Origin: Klebsiella pneumoniae
GTDB taxonomy: Bacteria; Pseudomonadota; Gammaproteobacteria; Burkholderiales; UBA3065
Reading direction: 5' to 3'
DNA: 64,000 bases
Assembly (NCBI GenBank): GCA_945897555.1
Contig: CAMDGF010000004.1
Span: 41,450 to 105,449 of the forward strand
Below are positions 31,494-39,106 of the stretch, piece after piece. A program made the translations under genes and the position numbers. A model generated the notes under the pieces. The model was not told the origin of the DNA and searched no databases. It saw only the letters and a program-made list of their open reading frames with translations. How positions within the stretch are numbered: position 1 is the stretch's first letter; each line of letters begins with the position of its first letter.

Positions 31494-31955
31494 ATGCGCT
31501 ACATGACGTATCAGGCGATCAACGCGCGCTTTGCTCGCTTTTTGCGAGCACGATTGCTTCTGGCAAGCGAGGGCTGCCTACCGGCGGTGAGCGTCATCAC
31601 CGCACGTTTCAACCAGTGCGAAAACGGGCTGCGGCCCGTGAGCCCGGAGACCGTGCGTCGGTGGCTGCGTGGCCTCTCCCTGCCCGAACTCTCGCGTTTG
31701 CCGGCCTTGTGCAGGCTGCTCGGCTGTTCGCCCATCGACATCGCCGACCACCTCGGTTTCGAGGAGATGCGTACGGTGACGGCGCGCGATACAAGCCCAG
31801 ACGAGGCCGATGCCAGTGCGCGTGGATCCGATGCACTGCGTGCACACGTGGTGGAGATCATGCGCGGCATGGATGAGCCGCGGCTGCGTGCCATGGTGGC
31901 GCTGTTCGAGCGGCGGGAGCAGAAGTGCCTGCCAAAGCGCATGGGCTCTTTTTAG
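31494..31955 (+). CDS. XRE-type HTH transcriptional regulator (paralogue 2 of a divergent pair)
   Basis: 153 aa with VSPETVRRWLRGLSLPELSRLPALCRLLGCSPIDIA. Shows visibly more A/T in third codon positions than neighbouring core genes. The start could also be the Met 3 codons downstream. Confidence 0.6.
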   Translation: MRYMTYQAINARFARFLRARLLLASEGCLPAVSVITARFNQCENGLRPVSPETVRRWLRGLSLPELSRLPALCRLLGCSPIDIADHLGFEEMRTVTARDTSPDEADASARGSDALRAHVVEIMRGMDEPRLRAMVALFERREQKCLPKRMGSF

Positions 31956-32040
31956 GCGAGTCGTGGTCTTGTATCGCGGTCAGGGTCGCAGCGGTCGTGA
32001 CCGTGGGTATGCTGGAGCTGTCCTCGACCGGAGCTGCGCC

Positions 32041-32472
32041 ATGATCCGTATCGCCCACCATCTCACCACCATCATTGTCGTCGGCGCGTTGTCCGCCGCC
32101 CCCGCCCACGCCCTCGACGACACCGCCGCCGTCCGCGTCCGCCCCCTGCTGCAGACCACCACCAGCTGGGATGGCACGCCGCTCGCGTGGCCCGCCGGGC
32201 AGGCCGAGCTCACCGCGCTGGAGGTCACCATCGCCCCCGGTGGCCAGACCGGCTGGCACGAGCACCCCGTGCCTTCCTTTGGCTTGCTGCTCTCCGGCGA
32301 GTTGGAGATCACCCTGCGCAGCGGCGCGGTGCATCGCGTGCGTGCCGGCGAGGCGCTGGCCGAGGTGGTGGCCACCCTGCACAACGGCCGCGTCGTCGGC
32401 AGCGAGCCAGCGCGGCTGGTGGTGTTCTACGCCGGCGCGGTGGGGGTGCCGCTCACGGTGAGGGAGCGGTAG
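32041..32472 (+). CDS. Secreted cupin-domain protein
   Basis: Start trimmed to MIRIAHHLTTIIVVGALSAAPAHA (signal peptide). Cupin motifs: GGQTGWHEHPVPSFGLLLSGEL...VRAGEA. Confidence 0.65.
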   Translation: MIRIAHHLTTIIVVGALSAAPAHALDDTAAVRVRPLLQTTTSWDGTPLAWPAGQAELTALEVTIAPGGQTGWHEHPVPSFGLLLSGELEITLRSGAVHRVRAGEALAEVVATLHNGRVVGSEPARLVVFYAGAVGVPLTVRER

Positions 32473-32615
32473 GGGGGTAGGTCGGGTGGCGGATTCCCGT
32501 TGTCGCAATATCGCGGCATGCTCAGTGTGGTGCTTCAAACGCCTGCCCGGTCGCGTTTGACCTTCCTCGCACCCACGCAGATGCTTGGCATGTGTCACAG
32601 CCTGACGCCAAAACC

Positions 32616-32699
32616 ATGTTCCAGGAACGACACGTTCGCCTGTTTCGCAATGGCCGCAACCAGGCCGTACGCATCCCGCGCGAGTTCGAACTCGGTTGA
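32616..32699 (+). pseudogene. Truncated AbrB/SpoVT-fold VapB-type antitoxin remnant (27 codons)
   Basis: My translation is MFQERHVRLFRNGRNQAVRIPREFELG*. It matches the N-terminal F-(R/K)-NG-(R/N)-(S/N)-QAVR-(L/I)-P-x-EF signature of VapB/MazE-like antitoxins but stops after ~1/3 of the normal length, and no toxin follows. Confidence 0.55.
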
Positions 32700-32725
32700 C
32701 CGATCGACGGCTCCCCCGCGCCAAA

Positions 32726-32753
32726 GCCCACCCTCAACCGGGGTGGGCTTTTT
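32726..32753 (+). terminator. Rho-independent terminator
   Basis: GCCCACCC-TCAACCG-GGGTGGGC followed by TTTTT. Confidence 0.75.
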
Positions 32754-32812
32754 GACGCCCGTTGTGGTGGAATTCACATCGCGCCGCCACACTCGGCGGC
32801 GCTTGATCGGAG

Positions 32813-34006
32813 ATGCTCTTGTCCAAATCGCAAAGCCACCGCATCGCTGTTGCAGGCACCGGCTACGTCGGCCTCTCCATTGCCGTGCTGCTGGCGCAGC
32901 AGCACGACGTGGTGGCCTTGGACATCGTCCCGGCCAAGGTGGCGCAGATCAATGCCCGGCAGTCGCCCATCCACGATCCGGAGATCAGCGACTTCCTGGC
33001 AAACCGCCCCCTGAGCCTGCGCGCTACGCTGGATCCGGCCGAGGCCTACGCCGGCGCCGACTATGTGGTCATCGCCACCCCCACCGACTACGACCCGCAG
33101 ACCGATTACTTCGACACATCAAGCGTCGAGGCGGTGATCCGCGACGTGATGGTGCTCAACCCACACGCGCTGATGATGATCAAGTCCACCGTGCCGGTGG
33201 GCTTCACCGCGCAGATGCGGGAGACGCACGGCACGCCCAACCTCATCTTCTCGCCCGAGTTCTTGCGCGAGGGCAGGGCGCTGCACGACAACCTGCACCC
33301 CAGCCGCATCGTGGTGGGCGAGCGCTCGGATCGCGCGCAACGCTTTGCGCAGCTGCTGGCCGGGGCCGCCAGCAAGCCCGACATCGACATCCTCCTCACC
33401 GACAGCACCGAGGCCGAGGCCATCAAGCTGTTTGCCAACACCTACCTGGCCATGCGCGTGGCGTTCTTCAACGAACTCGACACCTATGCCGCCACCCATG
33501 GCCTCGATACCCGGCAGATCATCGAGGGAGTCTGCCTGGACCCGCGCATCGGCAAGCACTACAACAACCCGTCGTTTGGCTATGGCGGCTACTGTTTGCC
33601 CAAGGACACGCGCCAGCTGCTCGCCAATTACCGCGAGGTGCCACAGAACCTCATCCGCGCCATCGTGGATGCCAACAGCACGCGCAAGGATTTCGTGGCC
33701 TTCGACATCATCGCCCGCAAGCCGCAACGCGTCGGCGTCTACCGGCTGGTGATGAAGGCCGGTTCGGATAATTTTCGCGCCAGCAGCATCCAGGGCGTGA
33801 TGAAGCGCATCAAGGGCAAGGGCATCGAGGTGGTGGTGTACGAGCCGGTGCTGCAGGACGACACCTTCTTTGGCAGCCGGGTCGAGCGCGACCTTGCTGC
33901 CTTTAAGCGCGACTGCGATGTGATCGTCGCCAACCGCGTCACCGACGAGATCTGTGACGTGCAGGCCAAGGTCTACACGCGCGACCTGTTTGGCGGAGAC
34001 AGCTGA
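32813..34006 (+). CDS. ugd: UDP-glucose 6-dehydrogenase
   Basis: [12 protein letters not shown] Rossmann motif, catalytic [10 protein letters not shown], 397 aa. TTG at 32819, 6 nt after GGAG, may be the true start. Confidence 0.9.
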   Translation: MLLSKSQSHRIAVAGTGYVGLSIAVLLAQQHDVVALDIVPAKVAQINARQSPIHDPEISDFLANRPLSLRATLDPAEAYAGADYVVIATPTDYDPQTDYFDTSSVEAVIRDVMVLNPHALMMIKSTVPVGFTAQMRETHGTPNLIFSPEFLREGRALHDNLHPSRIVVGERSDRAQRFAQLLAGAASKPDIDILLTDSTEAEAIKLFANTYLAMRVAFFNELDTYAATHGLDTRQIIEGVCLDPRIGKHYNNPSFGYGGYCLPKDTRQLLANYREVPQNLIRAIVDANSTRKDFVAFDIIARKPQRVGVYRLVMKAGSDNFRASSIQGVMKRIKGKGIEVVVYEPVLQDDTFFGSRVERDLAAFKRDCDVIVANRVTDEICDVQAKVYTRDLFGGDS

Positions 34007-34842
34007 TGATCGAGAAGTGCCTGTTCCCTGCGGCCGGCTACGGCACGCGCTTTCTGCCGGCCACCAAGGCCATGCCCAAGGAGATGTTGCCCATCGTCGA
34101 CAAGCCGCTGATCCAGTACGGCGTGGAGGAGGCGCTGGACGCCGGCATGCACCACATCGGCATGGTCACCGGCCGCGGCAAGCGCGCGCTGGAGGACCAC
34201 TTCGACATCAGTTACGAGTTGGAGGACCAGATCAGTGGCACGGCTAAGGAATCCGCGCTCGACGGCATCCGCCGCCTGATCCGGGATTGCACCTTTAGCT
34301 ACACCCGCCAGATCGAGATGAAGGGCTTGGGCCACGCCATCCTCACCGGCCAGCCGCTCATCGGCGATGTGCCGTTTGGCGTGGTGCTCGCCGACGACCT
34401 CTGCTTGAACCCCGGCGGCCCCGGCGTGTTGGCGCAGATGGTGGAGCTGTTCCGCCAGTTCCGCTGCTCCATCGTGGCGGTGCAGGACGTGCCGCGCGCC
34501 GATACCGCGAGCTACGGCATCGTCGAGGGCGAGAGCATCCGCGGCGACGTGATGCGTGTCACGCGCATGGTCGAGAAGCCACAGCCGGAGGATGCGCCGA
34601 GCACGCTCGCCATCATCGGGCGCTACATCCTCACACCCGATATCTTCGGCCTCATCGAGAGCACGCCACCGGGCCGCAATGGCGAGATCCAGCTCACCGA
34701 TGCCCTGAACGAGCAGGCGCGCCGGGGTTGTGTGATCGCCTATCGCTTTAAGGGGCAGCGCTTTGATTGCGGGTCAGTGGCCGGGTATGTCGAGGCCACC
34801 AACCACGTCTATCAGGCGGGTCACGATCTTTCGGGGTCGTGA
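34006..34842 (+). CDS. galU: UTP--glucose-1-phosphate uridylyltransferase
   Basis: KCLFPAAGYGTRFLPATKAMPKEMLPIVDKPLIQYGVEEA is the GalU signature. The start overlaps the ugd stop (TGATG). Confidence 0.93.
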   Translation: MIEKCLFPAAGYGTRFLPATKAMPKEMLPIVDKPLIQYGVEEALDAGMHHIGMVTGRGKRALEDHFDISYELEDQISGTAKESALDGIRRLIRDCTFSYTRQIEMKGLGHAILTGQPLIGDVPFGVVLADDLCLNPGGPGVLAQMVELFRQFRCSIVAVQDVPRADTASYGIVEGESIRGDVMRVTRMVEKPQPEDAPSTLAIIGRYILTPDIFGLIESTPPGRNGEIQLTDALNEQARRGCVIAYRFKGQRFDCGSVAGYVEATNHVYQAGHDLSGS

Positions 34843-34964
34843 TCCTGCGCCAGGCCAGACCGTCCGAAGGGCTTGCTGCGGGGTGGTTATCCGGCAATCC
34901 AGCCTTCCAAGCCGCCGATATCGACCGCGGCCTGCTGCGGATACCACCCTGTTAACCTTCGAGC

Positions 34965-36353
34965 ATGGCCGAACTCGACCCCCTTCAGCAGCTCAAGGTG
35001 CCGCCACACTCGCTCGAGGCCGAGCAGTCGGTGCTCGGCGCGCTGCTGCTCGACAACGAGTCGTGGGAGCGCGTGGCCGATGTGGTGTCGGCCGACGATT
35101 TCTACCGCGCTGAGCACCGCGCCATCTTTGCCCACATCTCCAGGCTGGTAGAGGCCAACCAGCCGGCCGACATCATCACCGTGATGGAGTCGCTGCAGCG
35201 CGTCAACGCCATCGAGCAGGCCGGCGGCAGCGCCTACCTCACCAGCCTCGTCGCCAACGTGCCGGGCAGCACCAACATCCGCGCCTACGCCACGCTGGTG
35301 CGCGAGCGCTCGGTGATGCGCAGCCTGGTGTCGGTGGCCAGCCGCATCGCCGACAGCGCCTTCAACCCGGCCGGGCGCAACGCCGCCGAGCTGCTCGACG
35401 AGGCCGAGAAGCTGGTCTTCGACATCGCCGAGATGCAGAGCCGCGGGCAGAAGGGCTTCATGGAGCTCGAGAAGCTGCTCGACGAGGTGCTCGAGCGCAT
35501 CGAGAAGCTCTACGAGCGGCAGAACCAGGACGATGTCACCGGCGTGGCCACCGGCTTTGCGGATCTGGACGAGCGCACCTCGGGCCTGCAGCCCGGCGAC
35601 CTCATCATCGTCGCTGGCCGCCCCAGCATGGGCAAGACCAGCCTCGCGCTCAACATGGCCGAGCACGTGGCGCTGCAGCTCAAGCGCCCGGTGGCCGTGT
35701 TCTCCATGGAGATGGGCGGCGCACAGCTGGTGATGCGCATGGTCGGCTCGGTCGGCAAGATCGACCAGCATCGCATGCGCAACGGCAAGCTCGGCAACGA
35801 CGAGTGGGACCGCCTGAGCCTGGCGCTGGAGAAGATGAACGGCGCGCGCATGTGGATCGACGAGACCGGCGCGCTCACCCCCAACGACCTGCGCGCCCGC
35901 GCCCGCCGGCTGGCGCGGCAGTGCAGCGCCGAGGGCGGCTTGGGGCTCATCGTCATCGACTACCTGCAGCTCATGAGCGTGCAGGGTGACGGCGAGAACC
36001 GCGCCACCGAGATATCGGAAATATCGCGCTCGCTCAAGGCATTGGCCAAGGAACTTCAAGTTCCAGTCATCGCGCTGTCGCAGCTCAACCGGGGCTTGGA
36101 GCAGCGGCCGAACAAGCGCCCGGTGATGTCGGATCTGAGGGAATCAGGCGCCATCGAGCAGGATGCTGACTTGATCCTGTTCATCTACCGCGACGAGGTC
36201 TACAACCCCGACAGCCAAGACAAGGGCGTGGCCGAGATCATCATCGGCAAGCAGCGCAACGGCCCCATTGGCACCGTGCGGCTGGCCTTTCTCGGCGAAT
36301 ACACGCGTTTTGAAAATCTTGCGTATGGCGGGTCGCGGCGGGACGACGACTAG
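34965..36353 (+). CDS. dnaB: Replicative DNA helicase DnaB
   Basis: 462 aa with PPHSLEAEQSVLGALLLDNE, Walker A AGRPSMGKTS, and VIALSQLNRGLEQRPNKRPVMSDLRESGAIEQDADL. Confidence 0.97.
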   Translation: MAELDPLQQLKVPPHSLEAEQSVLGALLLDNESWERVADVVSADDFYRAEHRAIFAHISRLVEANQPADIITVMESLQRVNAIEQAGGSAYLTSLVANVPGSTNIRAYATLVRERSVMRSLVSVASRIADSAFNPAGRNAAELLDEAEKLVFDIAEMQSRGQKGFMELEKLLDEVLERIEKLYERQNQDDVTGVATGFADLDERTSGLQPGDLIIVAGRPSMGKTSLALNMAEHVALQLKRPVAVFSMEMGGAQLVMRMVGSVGKIDQHRMRNGKLGNDEWDRLSLALEKMNGARMWIDETGALTPNDLRARARRLARQCSAEGGLGLIVIDYLQLMSVQGDGENRATEISEISRSLKALAKELQVPVIALSQLNRGLEQRPNKRPVMSDLRESGAIEQDADLILFIYRDEVYNPDSQDKGVAEIIIGKQRNGPIGTVRLAFLGEYTRFENLAYGGSRRDDD

Positions 36354-36420
36354 CGCTCATCCGTCAAGCGTGTGAGCGTGTTCATCTGGCAGATGCGGAC
36401 AGAGGCCCCTTGAGATAAAG

Positions 36421-36438
36421 TATGACCATATGGTCATA
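36421..36438. promoter_or_regulatory. Probable operator of the Phd/YefM-VapC module
   Basis: Perfect 18-nt palindrome TATGACCATATGGTCATA, 17 nt upstream of the antitoxin GTG and overlapping a TTGAGA...-10-like promoter. Confidence 0.55.
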
Positions 36439-36454
36439 AATGTTGGAGGCTACG

Positions 36455-36685
36455 GTGAAGATTGTCCAGGTATTCGAAGCCAAGGCGGGTTTCTCCGCGC
36501 TTTTGGCTGAGGTGGAAGCAGGCAACGAGGTCGCGATCACCCGCCACGGCAAGGTCGTTGCGCGCCTCGTTCCGCAGCGGCCGACCACAGCTGCCGACGT
36601 TTTTGCGCCGTTGTGGGCCGAGGCAGACGAGATCGACTTGGTCGCGCCGCCTGATGCTCCGCCAGAACCCGTTTCTGCGCTCTGA
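36455..36685 (+). CDS. Type II antitoxin, Phd/YefM family
   Basis: KIVQVFEAKAGFSALLAEVEAGNEVAITRHGKVVARLVP is the canonical Phd/YefM N-terminus. GTG at 36455 lies 5 nt after GGAGG; the track ORF starts at ATG 36440. Confidence 0.8.
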   Translation: MKIVQVFEAKAGFSALLAEVEAGNEVAITRHGKVVARLVPQRPTTAADVFAPLWAEADEIDLVAPPDAPPEPVSAL

Positions 36686-37089
36686 TGCGGTACCTGCTCG
36701 ACACCAATGTCTTCATCGCGGCAATGAAGGGCGTGAGCCCCGTACGGGAGCGGCTAGGCGTGGTCTCGTCATCCGACATCGTCCTTTCGCCCATCGTGTT
36801 GGGCGAACTGGAGTACGGTGTCTACAAGAGCGCGCACCGCGAGGCGAATGCCCAGCGTCTCGAAGTTGCCGTATCGCTGCTGGAACTGGTGCCCCTCGAT
36901 ACAACCGCTGCGCGCCAATACGGTGAGATTCGCGCGGGGCTGGAATCCATCGGCCGCCCGATCGGTTCGAATGACCTCTGGATCGCTGCTCAAGCGCTTG
37001 CTATCGGCGCCACGCTGGTCACTGACAACACCGAGGAATTCACGCGGATAAGAGGGCTGAGGCTAGAAAACTGGTTAAGGTCCACTTAG
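36685..37089 (+). CDS. vapC: Type II toxin, PIN-domain ribonuclease VapC
   Basis: 134 aa with MRYLLDTNVFIAAMKG..., SPIVLGELEYG and GSNDLWIAAQALAIGATLVTDNTEEF. The start overlaps the antitoxin stop (ATGA-type). Confidence 0.85.
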   Translation: MRYLLDTNVFIAAMKGVSPVRERLGVVSSSDIVLSPIVLGELEYGVYKSAHREANAQRLEVAVSLLELVPLDTTAARQYGEIRAGLESIGRPIGSNDLWIAAQALAIGATLVTDNTEEFTRIRGLRLENWLRST

Positions 37090-37117
37090 AGCCGGGTGCG
37101 CCTGGAACTTGGCGTGA

Positions 37118-38497
37118 TTAAAACCCCGCCTCAACCCCCACCGCCGCCAGCACTCCCCGGAACTCGCCCTGGATACGTGCCAGTGCCTCGGCGCTGTCTG
37201 CCTCGAAGCGCAGCACCAGCACCGGCGTGGTGTTGGACCCGCGCACCAGCCCAAAGCCGTCGGCGTACTCCACGCGCAGGCCGTCGAGCGTGATCACCTC
37301 GCGCGCGGCGGGGAAGGTCGCCTCGCGCTGCATCTGCGCGATGAGGGCGTGGTGGTCCTGGCCTTCGACGCGGATCTGCAGCTCAGGTGTGTTCACCGAA
37401 TCGGGCAGCCCATCGAACACCGCGTCGATGTCCTCCACCTGCGACAGGATCTCCAGCAGACGCGCACCGGCGTAGAGCCCGTCGTCGAAGCCGTACCAAC
37501 GCTCCTTGAAGAACATGTGGCCAGACATCTCGCCCGCCAGCAGCGCGCCGGTCTCGCGCATCTTCGCCTTGATCAGCGAGTGGCCGGTCTTCCACAGTGT
37601 GGGACGGCCACCATTTTTATGAATCCATTTATAAAGATGCCGCGTACACTTCACGTCAAATATGATTTCGGCGCCTGGGTTGCGGCCCAGCACATCCGCC
37701 GCAAACAACATCAGCTGCCGGTCCGGGTAGATCACCTTGCCAGTGCGCGTCACCACTCCCAGCCGGTCGCCGTCGCCATCAAACGCGAGCCCGATGTCGG
37801 CCTTGCCGCGCGCCAGTTCGCGCTGCAGGTCCTCCAGGTTGTGCGGGTCGGACGGGTCGGGGTGGTGGTTGGGGAAGGTGCCGTCCACCTCGCAGAACAG
37901 CTCGGTCACGCTGCAGCCCAGTCGGCGGAAAAGCTCAGGCGCGGTGTCGCCCGGTGAGCCATTGCCGCAGTCGATCACCACGTGCAGCGGCCGTGCAAGC
38001 TTGATGTCGTGGCTGATGCGCTCGAGGTACGCGCTGCGGATGGCCGCAGTGCTGTAGCTACCTGGGCTGGCAGAGGCGGTGCCGTAGTCGCCAGCCTCGA
38101 TGCGCTGTCGCAGGCCCTGGATGGCCTCGCCGGCCAGCGTCTCGCCGCCCAGCACCATCTTCAGGCCGTTGTACTCGGGCGGGTTGTGGCTGCCGGTCAC
38201 CATCACGCCCCCGGCCAAGCCGAGGTGATACACCGCAAAGTAGAGCATCGGCGTGGCGCAGACGCCGATATCGGTCACGTCGACACCGGCGGCTTGCAGC
38301 CCCTCGGCCAGTGCCGCCGACAGCGCTGGCCCGGAGAGCCGCCCATCGCGGCCGATCGCTACGGTGGCGTGCCCGCGCGCACGCGCTTCGGCGCCGATGG
38401 CGCGGCCGATCTGCCGCACCGCATCGGCTGTGAGGTCGGTGTCGACCACGCCGCGGATGTCGTAGGCCTTGAACAGGCCGGCGTTGGGGCTTGTCAC
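37118..38497 (-). CDS. algC: Phosphomannomutase/phosphoglucomutase
   Basis: GTG start (CAC at 38495-38497). FKAYDIRGVV, active-site TGSHNPPEYNG, FDGDGDRLGVV, GEMSGH. Confidence 0.9.
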   Translation of the reverse strand: MTSPNAGLFKAYDIRGVVDTDLTADAVRQIGRAIGAEARARGHATVAIGRDGRLSGPALSAALAEGLQAAGVDVTDIGVCATPMLYFAVYHLGLAGGVMVTGSHNPPEYNGLKMVLGGETLAGEAIQGLRQRIEAGDYGTASASPGSYSTAAIRSAYLERISHDIKLARPLHVVIDCGNGSPGDTAPELFRRLGCSVTELFCEVDGTFPNHHPDPSDPHNLEDLQRELARGKADIGLAFDGDGDRLGVVTRTGKVIYPDRQLMLFAADVLGRNPGAEIIFDVKCTRHLYKWIHKNGGRPTLWKTGHSLIKAKMRETGALLAGEMSGHMFFKERWYGFDDGLYAGARLLEILSQVEDIDAVFDGLPDSVNTPELQIRVEGQDHHALIAQMQREATFPAAREVITLDGLRVEYADGFGLVRGSNTTPVLVLRFEADSAEALARIQGEFRGVLAAVGVEAGF

Positions 38498-38501
38498 GCC
38501 A

Positions 38502-38921
38502 TCAACCCCGCGTGTTGGATTGCTGCTCGAAGGCCAGCAGATCGACCCGCACTGGCGGCGTCCAGCCCGGTCTGCGATGCTCGGCCACCACATTGGTGAA
38601 TACGCCGCCGCGCACGTACCAGCGCGCCGTGAGCCGCATGAACCTCGGATCGGTGGCGGCCACCAGGTCGTCGAGGATGCGGTTGGTCACCGCCTCGTGG
38701 AAGGCGCCCTCGTCGCGGTAACTCCACATGTAGAGCTTGAGGCTCTTGAGCTCGACGCAGCGCTGGTCTGCGATGTAGTCCAGCGTGAAATGAGCGAAGT
38801 CCGGCTGGCCGGTCTTGGGGCACAGGCAGGTGAACTCCGGGATCTCCATGTGGATGTGGAAATCGCGTTCCGGCTTGGGGTTGGGGAAGGTCTCTAGGGT
38901 GCGGGAGGGTTGTGCGGTCAT
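38502..38921 (-). CDS. queF: NADPH-dependent 7-cyano-7-deazaguanine reductase, type I (unimodular)
   Basis: [14 protein letters not shown] (catalytic Cys) and the QueF motif [15 protein letters not shown]. The start is uncertain, with candidates at 38921, 38954 and 38990. Confidence 0.85.
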   Translation of the reverse strand: MTAQPSRTLETFPNPKPERDFHIHMEIPEFTCLCPKTGQPDFAHFTLDYIADQRCVELKSLKLYMWSYRDEGAFHEAVTNRILDDLVAATDPRFMRLTARWYVRGGVFTNVVAEHRRPGWTPPVRVDLLAFEQQSNTRG

Positions 38922-39106
38922 GGGCGTCCGGGTCGTCGCAAGCTGCACCGTCATGGTTTGCGGTGTGGCTTGGGTGCGTTGGAGAATCATCGGTAGAATC
39001 GGCGGGATTATAGGCTAGCCGCCCCACCCGACCCGGTCGACACTGCCCCTGTGCACCTGACCCGCTCTGCATCCACCGCCTCACCCAGCGCGCGCCGCGC
39101 GGTCGC

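Noticed and set aside
32595-32792. 65-aa minus-strand ORF in the cupin-ugd spacer
   Set aside because: It is antisense to the much more convincing AbrB-type antitoxin fragment and runs through the terminator hairpin.
30550-34964. Possible genomic island integrated at tRNA-Leu (and similarly at tRNA-Thr, 61152-61227)
   Set aside because: There is no integrase, recombinase or transposase ORF. I could find no direct repeat of the tRNA 3' end downstream by eye. ugd and galU have core-like composition. I treat the region only as a junction that has accumulated small accessory genes.
38991-39106. Possible preQ1 riboswitch near queF
   Set aside because: The queF-smc spacer shows no compact hairpin with an A-rich tail of the preQ1 classes, and queF is not a typical preQ1-riboswitch target in proteobacteria.
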